Of a DNA stretch of 64,000 bases, positions 63,165-64,000 are shown in pieces. The notes beneath the pieces are model-generated. The model did not search any database. It was not told the origin of the DNA and was given only the letters and a program-made list of their open reading frames with translations. The stretch covers positions 22,406 to 86,405 of the forward strand of contig JAVRCJ020000031.1 in assembly GCA_034530875.2 (NCBI GenBank), in the 5' to 3' direction. Position numbers and translations under genes: made by a program. Position 1 is the stretch's first letter; every line of letters starts with the position of its first letter. This stretch comes from Nostoc sp. DedSLP01 (GTDB taxonomy: Bacteria > Cyanobacteriota > Cyanobacteriia > Cyanobacteriales > Nostocaceae).

Positions 63165-63746
63165 GTGTTGACAAATAGTCATGGTAATCTCACCAAGATG
63201 CCCAAAATTATCGAACGAACAGCTTTAAGCAAGCCATCCAAACCAATATTCACAAAAATTCTCAGCAATACCCCAGGACGCTTACGGTTGAGAATCGCTC
63301 TACCCCATCGTCAAAATGGGGAAATGCAACGCATTGCTAATGCACTAGAAGCACAACCTAACATTAATCGGGTACGGACTAATATTCATCACGGTAGTAT
63401 TGTCATTAACCATGATGGCAAAGATGATAGTTTGAAAAATATAGTTGCTACACTCATAGATTTAGGAGTGATTTTTGGCGATCTTACTGAAGATAAGTCT
63501 GAGACAGCAGCGAACATTACTAATGCAGTTGTTAACTTAAATAAAAGAGTCGGACAAGCAACAAAAGGCGAAATTGACTTGCGCGTTATTTTTCCCTTAG
63601 GACTGAGTATCCTTGCTGTAAGACAGTTAATAGCTAAGGGTTGGCAATTTGACACTATTCCCTGGTATGCTTTGGCGTGGTATGCCTTTGATAGTTTTAT
63701 TAAACTGCACGGTACAAACAAACCACAATCAACAAATAATGAGTGA
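63165..63746 (+). CDS. HMA2-like domain + TM protein (FezC-like)
   Basis: SNTPGRLRLRI...N..HGSIVI, then DLRVIFPLGLSILAVRQL...PWYALAWYAF. Confidence 0.75.
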   Translation: MLTNSHGNLTKMPKIIERTALSKPSKPIFTKILSNTPGRLRLRIALPHRQNGEMQRIANALEAQPNINRVRTNIHHGSIVINHDGKDDSLKNIVATLIDLGVIFGDLTEDKSETAANITNAVVNLNKRVGQATKGEIDLRVIFPLGLSILAVRQLIAKGWQFDTIPWYALAWYAFDSFIKLHGTNKPQSTNNE

Positions 63747-64000
63747 GTTAAATTTTAACTAAACTGCTCATCAAAATCTGAACGCAGCGATCGAGGATAG
63801 TTTTAGTTAGAAATCTATATTTGTAAACAAATATAAAAGGTCTTACAACTAAAGGAATAAAAGGCAATCCCAGTTACCTATCTATAAACTTGGGATTACT
63901 TTACAAAGTATATTCAAACTTCCATTAACGTGAGTTCGATGAAACTAAAAAATCGCAGGAGGCAGAGCAAGTAAATCTTTTGGGTAAATGTCAATGCCAG

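Overview
Chromosomal window from a filamentous heterocyst-forming cyanobacterium (Nostocales-like). Support: very frequent HIP1 octamer GCGATCGC, heptamer STRR repeats, psaE, psb28, ccsB, hmpF and pedR. It holds the replication origin region (dnaA plus a cluster of TTTTCCACA DnaA boxes, with no dnaN next to it) and many housekeeping genes (tilS, mutM, mraY, dtd, cysS, bolA-grxD, eda, def, tocopherol cyclase). Three stretches stand out. (1) A ferrosome (fez)-like cluster at 58.4-63.7 kb: a non-CPC P1B-ATPase, a DUF5132/FezA-like GxxxG protein and R-rich HMA2 proteins, preceded by a DtxR-box-like palindrome. (2) An NLR-like two-gene cassette at 6.3-10.0 kb: a small hydrophobic protein coupled to a CHAT protease-STAND NTPase-TPR protein, bracketed by 27-bp inverted repeats and Uma2 genes or remnants. 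(3) A tRNA-Arg(CCU) gene split by a 287-nt group I intron, which the ORF track does not show. Also present: a stand-alone GmrSD-like nuclease, two toxin-antitoxin pairs (one toxin has a premature stop), a sigma-70-like gene next to an exported TPR-CHAT protease, and many MITE-like or tandem repeats, some inserted in frame in conserved genes. All protein calls come from motif recognition by eye; no database searches were run.
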